Part shown: positions 50,116 to 59,503 of the stretch, in pieces | Layout: the number at the start of each line of letters is the position of its first letter | Numbering within the stretch: the first letter of the stretch is position 1 | IMG/VR virus record: IMGVR_UViG_3300028591_000119 | Coordinates: 32,001-96,000 of that record | Reading direction: 5' to 3' (one strand) | Length of the DNA stretch: 64,000 nt | From: a virus | Taxonomy: Duplodnaviria > Caudoviricetes | The notes under the pieces: generated by a model | What the model was told of the DNA's origin: nothing | Seen by the model: only the letters and a program-made list of their open reading frames with translations | The model's database searches: none | Position numbers and translations under genes: made by a program

Positions 50116-50150
50116 AAAAAAATGACCTGCGTGTGAGGCAGGTCATTTTT
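50116..50150. terminator. Bidirectional terminator with alternative antiterminator pairing
   Basis: AAAAATGACCTGC-gtgtgag-GCAGGTCATTTTT. Confidence 0.8.
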
Positions 50151-50163
50151 CGTTTGACGTCGT

Positions 50164-50283
50164 CTATGCAAGCAGTCTGCAATCTTCGTCGAACAAATCA
50201 ATTTCAACAACGATGTTCGATTCAAGATCACTATGACCTGCCTCCCTTCGAACATCATTAATAAATGACATCCAGTCGTTCAT
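50164..50283 (-). CDS. 39-aa small ORF (MNDWMSFINDVRREAGHSDLESNIVVEIDLFDEDCRLLA)
   Basis: AGGAGG SD before ATG 50283, immediately after the upstream stop; below ORF-track cutoff. Confidence 0.55.
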   Translation of the reverse strand: MNDWMSFINDVRREAGHSDLESNIVVEIDLFDEDCRLLA

Positions 50284-50285
50284 TA

Positions 50286-50534
50286 TTATCCTCCTATATT
50301 TTCTTCAGTTTTGGTTAATCTTTTGACAGACTCTTTGCGAGCCTTATCCTGAAGCATGTCTCGGTATATTTCTTCGACTTGCTTCGTCTTCTTCAAATAT
50401 TCCTTTGGATCAGATACTCTATTAAGCATACGATCCAAACCATTTGCTATACCATTGGCTAGCTTTTTACCAATCTTATTAATTGGCCAAAGCAATGCCA
50501 TATTAGCATATTCTAATTGCAGTTCTGTTATCAT
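50286..50534 (-). CDS. Hypothetical protein (putative early)
   Basis: 82 aa, AAGGGGG SD, TATATTAT at 50565-50572. Confidence 0.7.
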   Translation of the reverse strand: MITELQLEYANMALLWPINKIGKKLANGIANGLDRMLNRVSDPKEYLKKTKQVEEIYRDMLQDKARKESVKRLTKTEENIGG

Positions 50535-50592
50535 AAGAACCCCCTTTTCTATTTATTCACTATTATAATATAAAAATGAAACAATACATTAA

Positions 50593-50624
50593 ATAAAATC
50601 CGAGGATTAATCCTCGGATTTTAT
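50593..50624 (-). terminator. Terminator after chaperonin operon
   Basis: ATAAAATCCGAGGAT-ta-ATCCTCGGATTTTAT. Confidence 0.8.
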
Positions 50625-50636
50625 TATTTATCAAAA

Positions 50637-52562
50637 TTAACGACCACTAGGTCTTTCATCAACCATTACAGACATCAACTGATTAGATGTCAAGAATAAG
50701 CTAAGAATACTGATTTCTGATTTAAGAGTTTCGATATCAGTATTTCCTGGTACGATCAAATCAGGAAGCTTAGATACATCAAGCGCTTTATGTTCATGAT
50801 CCGTAGAAGAATCAGATACATAATGGAACTGTTCGTATTTATCTGTAATCAAGTTGTATGTTTTAGGTTCTTCAAATTGTTTCTGATTATAGAATTCTTT
50901 AAAGAGATTCTTAATCCAACGTTTATCAGGAATACCGTTTTCGAATACTGTTCGAAATGCAGTTGTAGATGAAATTGCTGTAATATCAAGGATATCGGCA
51001 ATAATCTTTTTAAGCTTATCTGCATTCATTCTAATACCGATATTCTTAACCTGACCAGGAACAGTGAGTTCATTGTAAATATCTTCAATAAGTTTATCCT
51101 TATATCTGTTAATACAATGCATTACGTTAACTTGTCCACCGAGAATAATACCGTTGTTTACACAAGCTTTTACTGCACAAGTAGCATCATCGAAAATGAG
51201 TTTTCTATTACGCTTTTCTTTTTCAGAATCACCACCGACCTTAATAATCTGCATTTCACCTTCAAGCATAGAAATGCGGTGTCTAAGCATATCAAGACGA
51301 GCAACTGCTTGAATTCCGTGTTGAGCAGAATCCTTATTATTCGCAATAATCTTCTTGATTTCTTCGATACGTCCTTTACGGAGTTCCATATCACCAGCAC
51401 CACCACGAATGCGTGTAAATCCAAATTTAGATTCAACGTGTTCGGCACGTCCTAACATCTGGTCTAATTCCTGTGCGTTACTTGGTGTAACGATAAGATT
51501 ACCGTTATTAGTCTTAAGAGCTTTAGCACCAAGAGTAGCTTCAAGGTCTTCAACACGCCATGAACCATATTCGTTGCTCATATTAAGACAAATAGACAAT
51601 ATAGGTAATTTTACTAAAACGCGCTGACCATTATAGTTTCGTGTAATGCCAGTTCTACACAATGTAAGATAATCAAGAATTTCTTGAGAGAATGCTTCAG
51701 CGATAATTACAAGAGGTCTAGGATGTGTTGGGTCTTCAGTTACCCATTTAATCCACATCTTAAGATAATCAAGACTCTTATTGAAGAGAGGACCTCTTAC
51801 CAACAAGAACATCGGATTATCATATTCTGCAGTAATACCATCTGCACTATTTGCCATATACGATAAATTGTAACCATATGGCATTTCAAAACCGATATCA
51901 GTTTCAACCACAGTATTTTCATCGTACGATTTTTGAATATTGATGTATGGTTCATCTGTACGAGATTTATCATAAACCTCAGCAATCATGTCGCCTATAG
52001 TCGAATCATTATTTGCTGCAATTGTAGCAATCTTTCTGTAGATTTCAATTCTAGATGCTTTAGGTAAATCATTAACTTTAATAATATATTTTTCTTTGAA
52101 TTTTTTAGTTAATGAATTATGAACCGCATCAATAATGTTTTTGATACCATATGGTGTGATTTCATGGTGTCTGCGAACATATTTTTCGATCCTACTATAG
52201 AAGTTTGCTGCATTTACAGAACAAGTAGTTGTTCCATCGCCAAGTTCCTGGTTTGTTCTACCGGAGATGTCTCTTGCTACCCTGTAAATACTTTCATATA
52301 CTGGATTGTCATAAATATGATCGTTCATGACAGTGAATCCATCTTTACATGGATAAATTGGAACAGAAGCATATGGTTCAGTGATGAGTGTGTTTCCACC
52401 AGCTGGTCCAAGTGTAGGCTTTACAGTTCTTGATAAATCATTTAAAACGTTGCGGATGATTTTCTTCATTTGCTTAGGAGGAACAATATTCTCTTTAGCG
52501 CGTTTTACATCCAACTGATGTTTAGTAATGTTTTTCATTGATTCGTTTTTATCAAATTCCAT
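50637..52562 (-). CDS. groEL: Phage GroEL-like chaperonin
   Basis: VKPTLGPAG, KDGFTV, GDGTTT, IATIAANND, IKVGGDSEKE...DDATCAVKACV..GIILGG. Confidence 0.92.
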   Translation of the reverse strand: MEFDKNESMKNITKHQLDVKRAKENIVPPKQMKKIIRNVLNDLSRTVKPTLGPAGGNTLITEPYASVPIYPCKDGFTVMNDHIYDNPVYESIYRVARDISGRTNQELGDGTTTCSVNAANFYSRIEKYVRRHHEITPYGIKNIIDAVHNSLTKKFKEKYIIKVNDLPKASRIEIYRKIATIAANNDSTIGDMIAEVYDKSRTDEPYINIQKSYDENTVVETDIGFEMPYGYNLSYMANSADGITAEYDNPMFLLVRGPLFNKSLDYLKMWIKWVTEDPTHPRPLVIIAEAFSQEILDYLTLCRTGITRNYNGQRVLVKLPILSICLNMSNEYGSWRVEDLEATLGAKALKTNNGNLIVTPSNAQELDQMLGRAEHVESKFGFTRIRGGAGDMELRKGRIEEIKKIIANNKDSAQHGIQAVARLDMLRHRISMLEGEMQIIKVGGDSEKEKRNRKLIFDDATCAVKACVNNGIILGGQVNVMHCINRYKDKLIEDIYNELTVPGQVKNIGIRMNADKLKKIIADILDITAISSTTAFRTVFENGIPDKRWIKNLFKEFYNQKQFEEPKTYNLITDKYEQFHYVSDSSTDHEHKALDVSKLPDLIVPGNTDIETLKSEISILSLFLTSNQLMSVMVDERPSGR

Positions 52563-52580
52563 TTTATAAAACCTCTTTTA

Positions 52581-52943
52581 TTATATTTTCAATGATAAAT
52601 TTATTTCCAAATTCACCGATGAATTATATTCAACTATCTGAATATTGTAGCGCTGAAAAATTCCGCTATGAATTACTTTATTCAAAGTATTTATATTTAT
52701 ATCTGATGTATTAAATTTAAAACAAGTATACGATTCTGTTAAAGTTTCGTTAACTTTATTAGTTACTAGAATAGGTATAGGCGGGTTCTTGCGTTTAGAC
52801 ATAGCAGCATATGTACACACAATATCGTGACTAATTAACATAGCTGAAGATGCTGCGGCAGAAAATATTACTTGGTAATCCACACCTAATGTTATCAAAT
52901 TTTGTTGTATCAAATTTAAATAATTAGGTAAACTTAATTGCAT
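52581..52943 (-). CDS. Hypothetical protein
   Basis: 120-aa ORF in tight operon. Confidence 0.65.
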   Translation of the reverse strand: MQLSLPNYLNLIQQNLITLGVDYQVIFSAAASSAMLISHDIVCTYAAMSKRKNPPIPILVTNKVNETLTESYTCFKFNTSDININTLNKVIHSGIFQRYNIQIVEYNSSVNLEINLSLKI

Positions 52944-52954
52944 TTTCGTTCTCT

Positions 52955-53308
52955 TTATCTAGGAAGATCTCGAAAGTTTAAGCTGCGTGTTCTATCTATT
53001 TCATCGTATTGTTGTAATGTCGTGTCTTGTTCTATATTGTGCGAAGGAACGGAAGACGCGTCGTCTCCACCAAACAATCCTCCCATGGAAGAGGCATAAC
53101 GTCGAGAATAAGCGTCAATTATACCGTTCTTATAATTTTCTTGACTACGTTTTAGATTTTCAAGTCTAGCTCGAATCATTACTCGTTGTGAAGGAATATC
53201 CATCGACAGTATTTCTGTTGGTGATATGTCACCATCAAATAATCTTATCATGCCGTCTATTTTCATCGCCATTTGTACCGGAATATCATCTGTAAATTCT
53301 TCATCCAT
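52955..53308 (-). CDS. Tail assembly chaperone 'T'-like segment, probably expressed by -1 frameshift from the upstream ORF
   Basis: Frame open from the slippery T8C at 53377-53385; no well-placed SD; ISPTEILSMDIP resembles the gpT motif. Confidence 0.6.
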   Translation of the reverse strand: MDEEFTDDIPVQMAMKIDGMIRLFDGDISPTEILSMDIPSQRVMIRARLENLKRSQENYKNGIIDAYSRRYASSMGGLFGGDDASSVPSHNIEQDTTLQQYDEIDRTRSLNFRDLPR

Positions 53309-53337
53309 ACTAGTGACTTCGATTCCTTCGGATGATT

Positions 53338-55410
53338 CTATTTCGTAAGTCGTTTTCTCCGTCCTTCGCCAATCTTGAAAAAAAAGATTTGTTTAGGATT
53401 AATTGAAACAAATTTAATATTCTTACCGCAATTATTATTACTACATTTACAATCTGTAAGATAATATCTTGTAGAAGTCTTAGTGATAAGATCTTTAATA
53501 GCTTCACCAGATAACAGTTCATTGTAATCATCTGGGTCTAAAGCATTGATGTGTTCAATAATATCTGCTTTATTTGTAAGTTTGATATATCGATATTTAT
53601 TTCCGTCTCCTACTTTAGTAGGAATACCAATATCTTTGATATAAATATACATTTGAATCCTATTGAAATCTTCAATAAGACTTTCTTCATCTTCTATTTC
53701 AGAAGGATCAATATTGAAATCATCAAGAATATCAAGATTTAATCTTCCACCCATATCTCTTTGATTAATTCTCTCAAGAGTAGTAATAGTTTCAAGATAG
53801 TCATATAATGTCGGTACAGCAAAATCAACGATAATACAACTATTAGGAAGCATTTTTCTAATAACTTTAGTTTCTGCCCATTTAGCGAGTGGAGTAGAAT
53901 CCAAATTCATTAAATCTTTATTAGTGATGAATTTTTCAAGTTCATCAGATTTCATATCAAATTCTTTAGGAACGCCGACTGTGAGCTCAGGATTTCTTTT
54001 ATATACGTCCAATTCTGTACCACAATAAGGACAATCGAAAATATAATGATTAGGACCTGTAGAGTTAGCGTCATATACACTGAAATATAAAGACATCATG
54101 TCTGGGAGTTTTATATTTCTTGCCCACGTATCAAAATCTGGTTTTTCTTTAGCATAAGAAACATAATTGACATGCGCATAGATTGATTCTAAAAGAATTC
54201 TTTCTCTATCGATAAATCTATGATTGTCTGAAAAAATAACTCTTTCTACACCAATCTGGTCAGAATTTCCATATGCTGCTATTTCCTCATAATGTCCACT
54301 CATTAATAATGCGATACGTGAAATCTTAGGAGCAGAAATCATATCATTACGTGTTGTGAGATATGATTTACGCAAATTGTTATCATCCAGATTAAAATCA
54401 AACATCTCAATCTTTTCAACATCAACATGTTTAGTATCGAGTTTAGATAATGATTTAAGAATATCACTAATCTTCTTACGAGATACACTCTTGACATTAT
54501 GTAAATCTACGTCTTTAGGAGCAGAATATTCTTCATCAAGTTTCTTGATACGTTCTTTTTCCACATCGTCTTTAGTTTGAATATCTAATGTTTCTGTATT
54601 ATCTTCTTCTTTATTTATTGCGGTCTCAACCGTTTCATCATCGTCACCATCAAAAGGTTTAGCCGTGAATATATCATTAATTTCTTCAAGAATAGCTTCT
54701 TCTTTTTTAGTATTTTCATCAGCTTCAGTCGTTGTCTTCTTATTATCAACAATTATATCTATTTTTTCTTCAGTAGGTTCATCAATTATAATAGATTCCT
54801 TCTTTTCTTCTTCATCCAGTGAAATATTGTTTCCGACAGGAACTTGTTTAGGTAGTTCTTCAATAGGTTCTTCTTTAACTGGTTTAGGAATAACTCTACC
54901 GATTTCTTCATTAGGAGTAAAATCTGCCGCAGATTCGCTGCGTTTTACTGCTGGGATATTTTCTTTTTCTTCAACAGGTTCTTCCAATTGAATATTATTT
55001 AAATCTTCTTCAGATATTTCAGGTTTTCCTATTTCCATATCAACAAGGTTAACATCTTCTTGTTTTTCCTCTTCAGATGCAATATCTACTTGAGGTTTTG
55101 GAATAGTCTTTTCTTCAACAGGTTGAGTCTGATGTTCTTCAGCATTTTTAAGGTCTGTAGTAACGATAGTTTCAGAGGTTTTCTTTAACTCGTTTGATTT
55201 ACTGATTAATGTTGAAAGAATGTTCTCTAATTCGGCCGCATAAGAAGGATTAGCTTCTAATCCAGAAGATGTTTCTGGCGACGCACCTAACTTATATGCT
55301 AAATTAATTTCTTTCTTAATGTCATCTAAAGATAAAGTATCAATGTTGTCTATAACATTTCGTAGTTCTTTCATACTACTTTCTAAATCAAGTTTCTCTT
55401 CTTCAGCCAT
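53338..55410 (-). CDS. Tail/baseplate assembly chaperone (gpG / T4 gp26-gp51-like) with long acidic N-terminus
   Basis: 690 aa; CPYCG and CKC...C Cys pairs, VDFAVPTLYD, terminal QIFFF on a slippery run. Confidence 0.6.
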   Translation of the reverse strand: MAEEEKLDLESSMKELRNVIDNIDTLSLDDIKKEINLAYKLGASPETSSGLEANPSYAAELENILSTLISKSNELKKTSETIVTTDLKNAEEHQTQPVEEKTIPKPQVDIASEEEKQEDVNLVDMEIGKPEISEEDLNNIQLEEPVEEKENIPAVKRSESAADFTPNEEIGRVIPKPVKEEPIEELPKQVPVGNNISLDEEEKKESIIIDEPTEEKIDIIVDNKKTTTEADENTKKEEAILEEINDIFTAKPFDGDDDETVETAINKEEDNTETLDIQTKDDVEKERIKKLDEEYSAPKDVDLHNVKSVSRKKISDILKSLSKLDTKHVDVEKIEMFDFNLDDNNLRKSYLTTRNDMISAPKISRIALLMSGHYEEIAAYGNSDQIGVERVIFSDNHRFIDRERILLESIYAHVNYVSYAKEKPDFDTWARNIKLPDMMSLYFSVYDANSTGPNHYIFDCPYCGTELDVYKRNPELTVGVPKEFDMKSDELEKFITNKDLMNLDSTPLAKWAETKVIRKMLPNSCIIVDFAVPTLYDYLETITTLERINQRDMGGRLNLDILDDFNIDPSEIEDEESLIEDFNRIQMYIYIKDIGIPTKVGDGNKYRYIKLTNKADIIEHINALDPDDYNELLSGEAIKDLITKTSTRYYLTDCKCSNNNCGKNIKFVSINPKQIFFFKIGEGRRKRLTK
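53377..53385 (-). promoter_or_regulatory. Putative -1 ribosomal frameshift site (T TTT TTC)
   Basis: ATC TTT TTT TTC AAG; -1 frame continues into 52955..53308. Confidence 0.7.
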
Positions 55411-55411
55411 T

Positions 55412-56443
55412 TTATTTTTCCTTAATAGTATTAAATATTATATCAAATGACACTGTTTTATGCATCGAAAATTTAATATTTTCAACTCTAGGTTCTCTAT
55501 TTAGATAAATAAAATCTTCACTTTGCATCCAATCATTAGAGAACATGAATTTAATTGTTTTTTTATAATTTTTGATTGCATAAACAGATTTAATCAAATT
55601 AATAAATTTATCTTTTAAAAGATCTATATTGTTAAATTTTAAAACTAATTTATCTGGATATTCTTTAAGTTCATATTTCACATTATTTAGAAGATATTTT
55701 ATACTTAAAGAAGATACGTTGTTATAAGAATAATTATCTCGAATTATCACACGTTTCGTTTTTTCATCGATTTTCAACAAATCACATATTTCTATATGAA
55801 ACACTTTTAAGAAATCTCGATAAACAGAATTTAATAGATAACGATATTTGTGTTTATCACCATTTGAATCAGTTATCGTATAGAATCCACCATATATCAA
55901 TTTCTCTATTAACAATCTATAAAATCTATCAGTAAAATATCTTGTTAATATATAGATAGCTGTGACATAATCTATTTCTATATCAAATTTATTGATTCCA
56001 TTATTTAACTTGCATAGTTTAATTTTTGGTATATTATGATTACATTTATATTCAGCCGGTAAATCACATTTAACACGATCAACATCAACAAACATATCAT
56101 ATTTATTCCATTTATTTTCAACTGTGTGTATAATTTCGGTACGAGTTATATGAAATAATTCATCCAATACTGTAATAATTTGTATTGGACTAAAACTATA
56201 TTCTGAAGATGCTGAATAAAAGCATTTTCTATCTCCATATTGGTTATTATTAAAAACATAATGTTTATGAAGTTTGTTTTTTTCAGCATATCTCTTCATT
56301 TTATACGAGAATAAGCATAAAAATGCTACATCTTGCACATAATTCATTGAACTTTCATCATATATAAACTCTTTAGAATCGAATCCATCATATATAGTTA
56401 ATAGTCCAGAAATAATATGATTGTTTTTTCCTATGTTTTCCAC
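55412..56443 (-). CDS. Hypothetical protein
   Basis: 343 aa, GTG start with AAGGGA SD. Confidence 0.65.
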   Translation of the reverse strand: MENIGKNNHIISGLLTIYDGFDSKEFIYDESSMNYVQDVAFLCLFSYKMKRYAEKNKLHKHYVFNNNQYGDRKCFYSASSEYSFSPIQIITVLDELFHITRTEIIHTVENKWNKYDMFVDVDRVKCDLPAEYKCNHNIPKIKLCKLNNGINKFDIEIDYVTAIYILTRYFTDRFYRLLIEKLIYGGFYTITDSNGDKHKYRYLLNSVYRDFLKVFHIEICDLLKIDEKTKRVIIRDNYSYNNVSSLSIKYLLNNVKYELKEYPDKLVLKFNNIDLLKDKFINLIKSVYAIKNYKKTIKFMFSNDWMQSEDFIYLNREPRVENIKFSMHKTVSFDIIFNTIKEK

Positions 56444-56499
56444 ATTTCCCTTCTTAATAGTTTCATTCTATTAAAATGTGGTTTTTTATTTAAAAAAAA

Positions 56500-56530
56500 A
56501 TAATATCCTGGCTATTGCCAGGATATTATT
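56500..56530 (-). terminator. Terminator after portal
   Basis: AATAATATCCTGGC-tatt-GCCAGGATATTATT. Confidence 0.8.
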
Positions 56531-56534
56531 CAGT

Positions 56535-59492
56535 TTAACCCATATCGAAATCGGTACTTCCACCGCCGAAATCATCTCCACCGCCAACACTATCATCACT
56601 ATTATTATTATCTTCTTGTATTTTCTGATCAAGTTTGGCAAGCTTCAAGTCTTTCGCTACTTGATTAGGTGCTTCAGCTGTTGCTTTTTCGAGAAGTTTT
56701 TCAACCTCACTCCATTCTACAACATTACCATATTTCTCTATAATCATTCTCTTGAATATAATATTTCTAGCAGTTTCAAGCTGGCTTCCATCTTGTAAAT
56801 TAAATATTTCAGCAAATGTATTAGCAACATTTTTAGCTGAATCAAGTACTTCCAAAATAGTAGCCATACTCATCATTGTAGATATAGATAGCTCTGGATT
56901 AATTCTAGATATATCTATATCATTTTCCTGATGTTCTTGTTCCTCGTTTTTATCACCTTTTTTAATTGCAACTTCTACCTTAGAGTTGTATGAATCCAAA
57001 GGAGAATAATGAACAAGTGTTCTAATTATTTTCTTAATATGCTTTTCATAATTAGATTGAGATTCGATAATGTTAGATCGATACTCTGCATTCTTATAAA
57101 CGAATTCATGAGCAAAGTCGACATTATCAAAACTTCCTTGCATACCTGCATTGATATAAATTTTACTTAAAATACTTCCAAGCAATTTACTAGTAAAATC
57201 ATCATCAGGAGAAACATTATTGATAGTTTCAATCTGAGAAACATCATACAGTTTTCTATCATTAAATACAGGGATAATCATTCTCTGATATGTACCTGCA
57301 TTTTTAATAACAGACGACAAAGAGCTAAACATCGTGCTAGAATAAATATTTCGAGTAGATAATACTCGTTGTAATTCATCTATGCTGTATCCTGCATTTT
57401 TAAGTAAACCTACGGCTACTTCATATTTTTCCTTATCAGCTGATTTTAACATTTTGATCATTGCTGAAGAGAGCATTGATGAAATATACATGTAAGCCCA
57501 AAGCAAAGTTCCATCCAATATTGAAACAGGAATACCATCGTCATCAGTATTATATGTCATATAACACATATATTCTGGTGGGATGAATGTGAATTGAACT
57601 TTCTTAGAAGATAAACAATCATTTCTAAGCATAGTCATTACTGCATCTTTGAAAACTTTATTATCTACTAAGTCTGGGTCTTTTAAACGATGTGCCAATA
57701 CACGAAGAGTTACGGTCTTCATGATATCGTAACGTCTATCGAGTTGCTCATTATCACCATTCATGTATTCGTTGATAGAGTAGTTATATAATGCCAAAGG
57801 AGAATATAGATTATTTTCCAATGGGTCTGCTCCACCATAAGAAACCATTGACATCTGACTTCCTAAAAGAGCAGCATCATCACCAAAACCTTGAGCTTTT
57901 ACATAATCGGTAAAATTACCTGTACGACGTCTATGTTTGTATCCAGGACCAGCTTCATTTTCATATTCCAATGCATAGAATCCCATATATTCACCATTAA
58001 TATTGATAGGAACAATACTTTCTGGTGAATAAGGAATAATGATACATTCTTTTCCTAAAAGTGAATTATTAGCGTCGAAATCATATCCTGATAATGGATT
58101 AGATTTAGAAGCATCGTTATTTAACTGATCTGTATCTTTTTGACGTTTAGATAATCCTTCTGCCATATAATAGTTTTCACCAAGATTATACATCTTGCTA
58201 TATCTATCTTTTTGATTCGTTAATTTATTAGCAATAAACGCACTACTTGCCCCAGGTTTAACTACGTCTATGTGTTCATCAATAAACCTAGCTAAAACGC
58301 GCAATCCTTCTCTCGCTTTAGCTTTCTTAGCATCGTCATCCAATTTAGATTGACTTTCTTTAACTTCAGAATATTTCTTAGTCATAGACTCAAGAATATC
58401 GAGCTGTTGTAATGATTCTTGAGAGGTTTCTCCATTGATCATTTCATATCGAGCCTTGTCGTGTTCTACTTTCATTTTTGTTTTATTAATAGACTCGAAC
58501 GATTTATTAAATCTATTTTCCCAATCTGATGCAAAAGCATCAACTAACTCATCATCAAGAAGCTCATCATACATTTTAATTGCTTCGGTCGATGCAGTAC
58601 GACCATCCTTAAGCTTAGTAGTATCGATCATGTCTTCAAAAGATGATTCTACAGATTTTTCGTACAATCGTTCTTCTTGTTCCCTAGATTCACAAATACT
58701 AAAAGATTCTCTAGAATTTATTTTATCAGTAATTCTTTCAACGTTAAGATTTAACCCAGAATCATATTTATTTAATTGATTCATCTGTCGTATTACGTAA
58801 TCATATGGAATAAATGCAATAGGTTTAACACCGCACACGAGAGATTCATAAATCCAACGTTTAAGTTTTGTTTCCAAATCATTCTTATCGATAATTTCTT
58901 CTTGTATACGTTTATTACAAGTATAAATTACTTGTTCGTCTTTATCAGAAATACTTCCATTTGAACTATCAGAAGTATAAATCTTATTTAAAGCCCTACC
59001 AGAAAGTTCAGATACACTAAAAATATCACGCGCAATATTTTTAATAGCTCGAGCTACTTCCGGAATTATCTCTACTACTCCTCGATATTCAGTAGTAACG
59101 TTCAAAAACGAACGATACATTGTAGAGAATTGATTTATGATATCGTTTTCCGAATTATCTATATTTCCCAAAGGAATTATTTCTTTAATTCCGGTTATAG
59201 GGTCTAAATTAGGATCACTAGTATTTAATACGCCTTTAACTTTATTGACTGAACCGCCTCTAAATTTAATAGACTGAGAAACCAATGAAGCTAAAGTTTG
59301 CATAGAGTTCTTAGAATTATTTAAACTAGTAACGCCAAAACCGACAAGAACATCGTTTATAGCTTTATTACTTTTAAGTACTAAATCCGAGTTATGTTCT
59401 ACAAAATCCCTAGACAAACCATAATTCGAAGCATATACCATATCTTGTATATTTTTTATTTCATTGCTTAAATTATTTTTTTCTTTTGCCAT
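56535..59492 (-). CDS. Portal protein, jumbo-phage type
   Basis: 985 aa; PEVARAIKNIARDI, LKRWIYESLVCGVKPIAFIP, PESIVPI...MGFYAL, FIPPEYMCY...DGIPVSILD, acidic Gly-rich tail. Confidence 0.7.
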   Translation of the reverse strand: MAKEKNNLSNEIKNIQDMVYASNYGLSRDFVEHNSDLVLKSNKAINDVLVGFGVTSLNNSKNSMQTLASLVSQSIKFRGGSVNKVKGVLNTSDPNLDPITGIKEIIPLGNIDNSENDIINQFSTMYRSFLNVTTEYRGVVEIIPEVARAIKNIARDIFSVSELSGRALNKIYTSDSSNGSISDKDEQVIYTCNKRIQEEIIDKNDLETKLKRWIYESLVCGVKPIAFIPYDYVIRQMNQLNKYDSGLNLNVERITDKINSRESFSICESREQEERLYEKSVESSFEDMIDTTKLKDGRTASTEAIKMYDELLDDELVDAFASDWENRFNKSFESINKTKMKVEHDKARYEMINGETSQESLQQLDILESMTKKYSEVKESQSKLDDDAKKAKAREGLRVLARFIDEHIDVVKPGASSAFIANKLTNQKDRYSKMYNLGENYYMAEGLSKRQKDTDQLNNDASKSNPLSGYDFDANNSLLGKECIIIPYSPESIVPININGEYMGFYALEYENEAGPGYKHRRRTGNFTDYVKAQGFGDDAALLGSQMSMVSYGGADPLENNLYSPLALYNYSINEYMNGDNEQLDRRYDIMKTVTLRVLAHRLKDPDLVDNKVFKDAVMTMLRNDCLSSKKVQFTFIPPEYMCYMTYNTDDDGIPVSILDGTLLWAYMYISSMLSSAMIKMLKSADKEKYEVAVGLLKNAGYSIDELQRVLSTRNIYSSTMFSSLSSVIKNAGTYQRMIIPVFNDRKLYDVSQIETINNVSPDDDFTSKLLGSILSKIYINAGMQGSFDNVDFAHEFVYKNAEYRSNIIESQSNYEKHIKKIIRTLVHYSPLDSYNSKVEVAIKKGDKNEEQEHQENDIDISRINPELSISTMMSMATILEVLDSAKNVANTFAEIFNLQDGSQLETARNIIFKRMIIEKYGNVVEWSEVEKLLEKATAEAPNQVAKDLKLAKLDQKIQEDNNNSDDSVGGGDDFGGGSTDFDMG

Positions 59493-59503
59493 AATACCCT
59501 TCT

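Noticed and set aside
53310-53531. 73-aa ORF overlapping the chaperone end
   Set aside because: It is the +1 frame and stops at 53310; the -1 frame is the one joining the next ORF.
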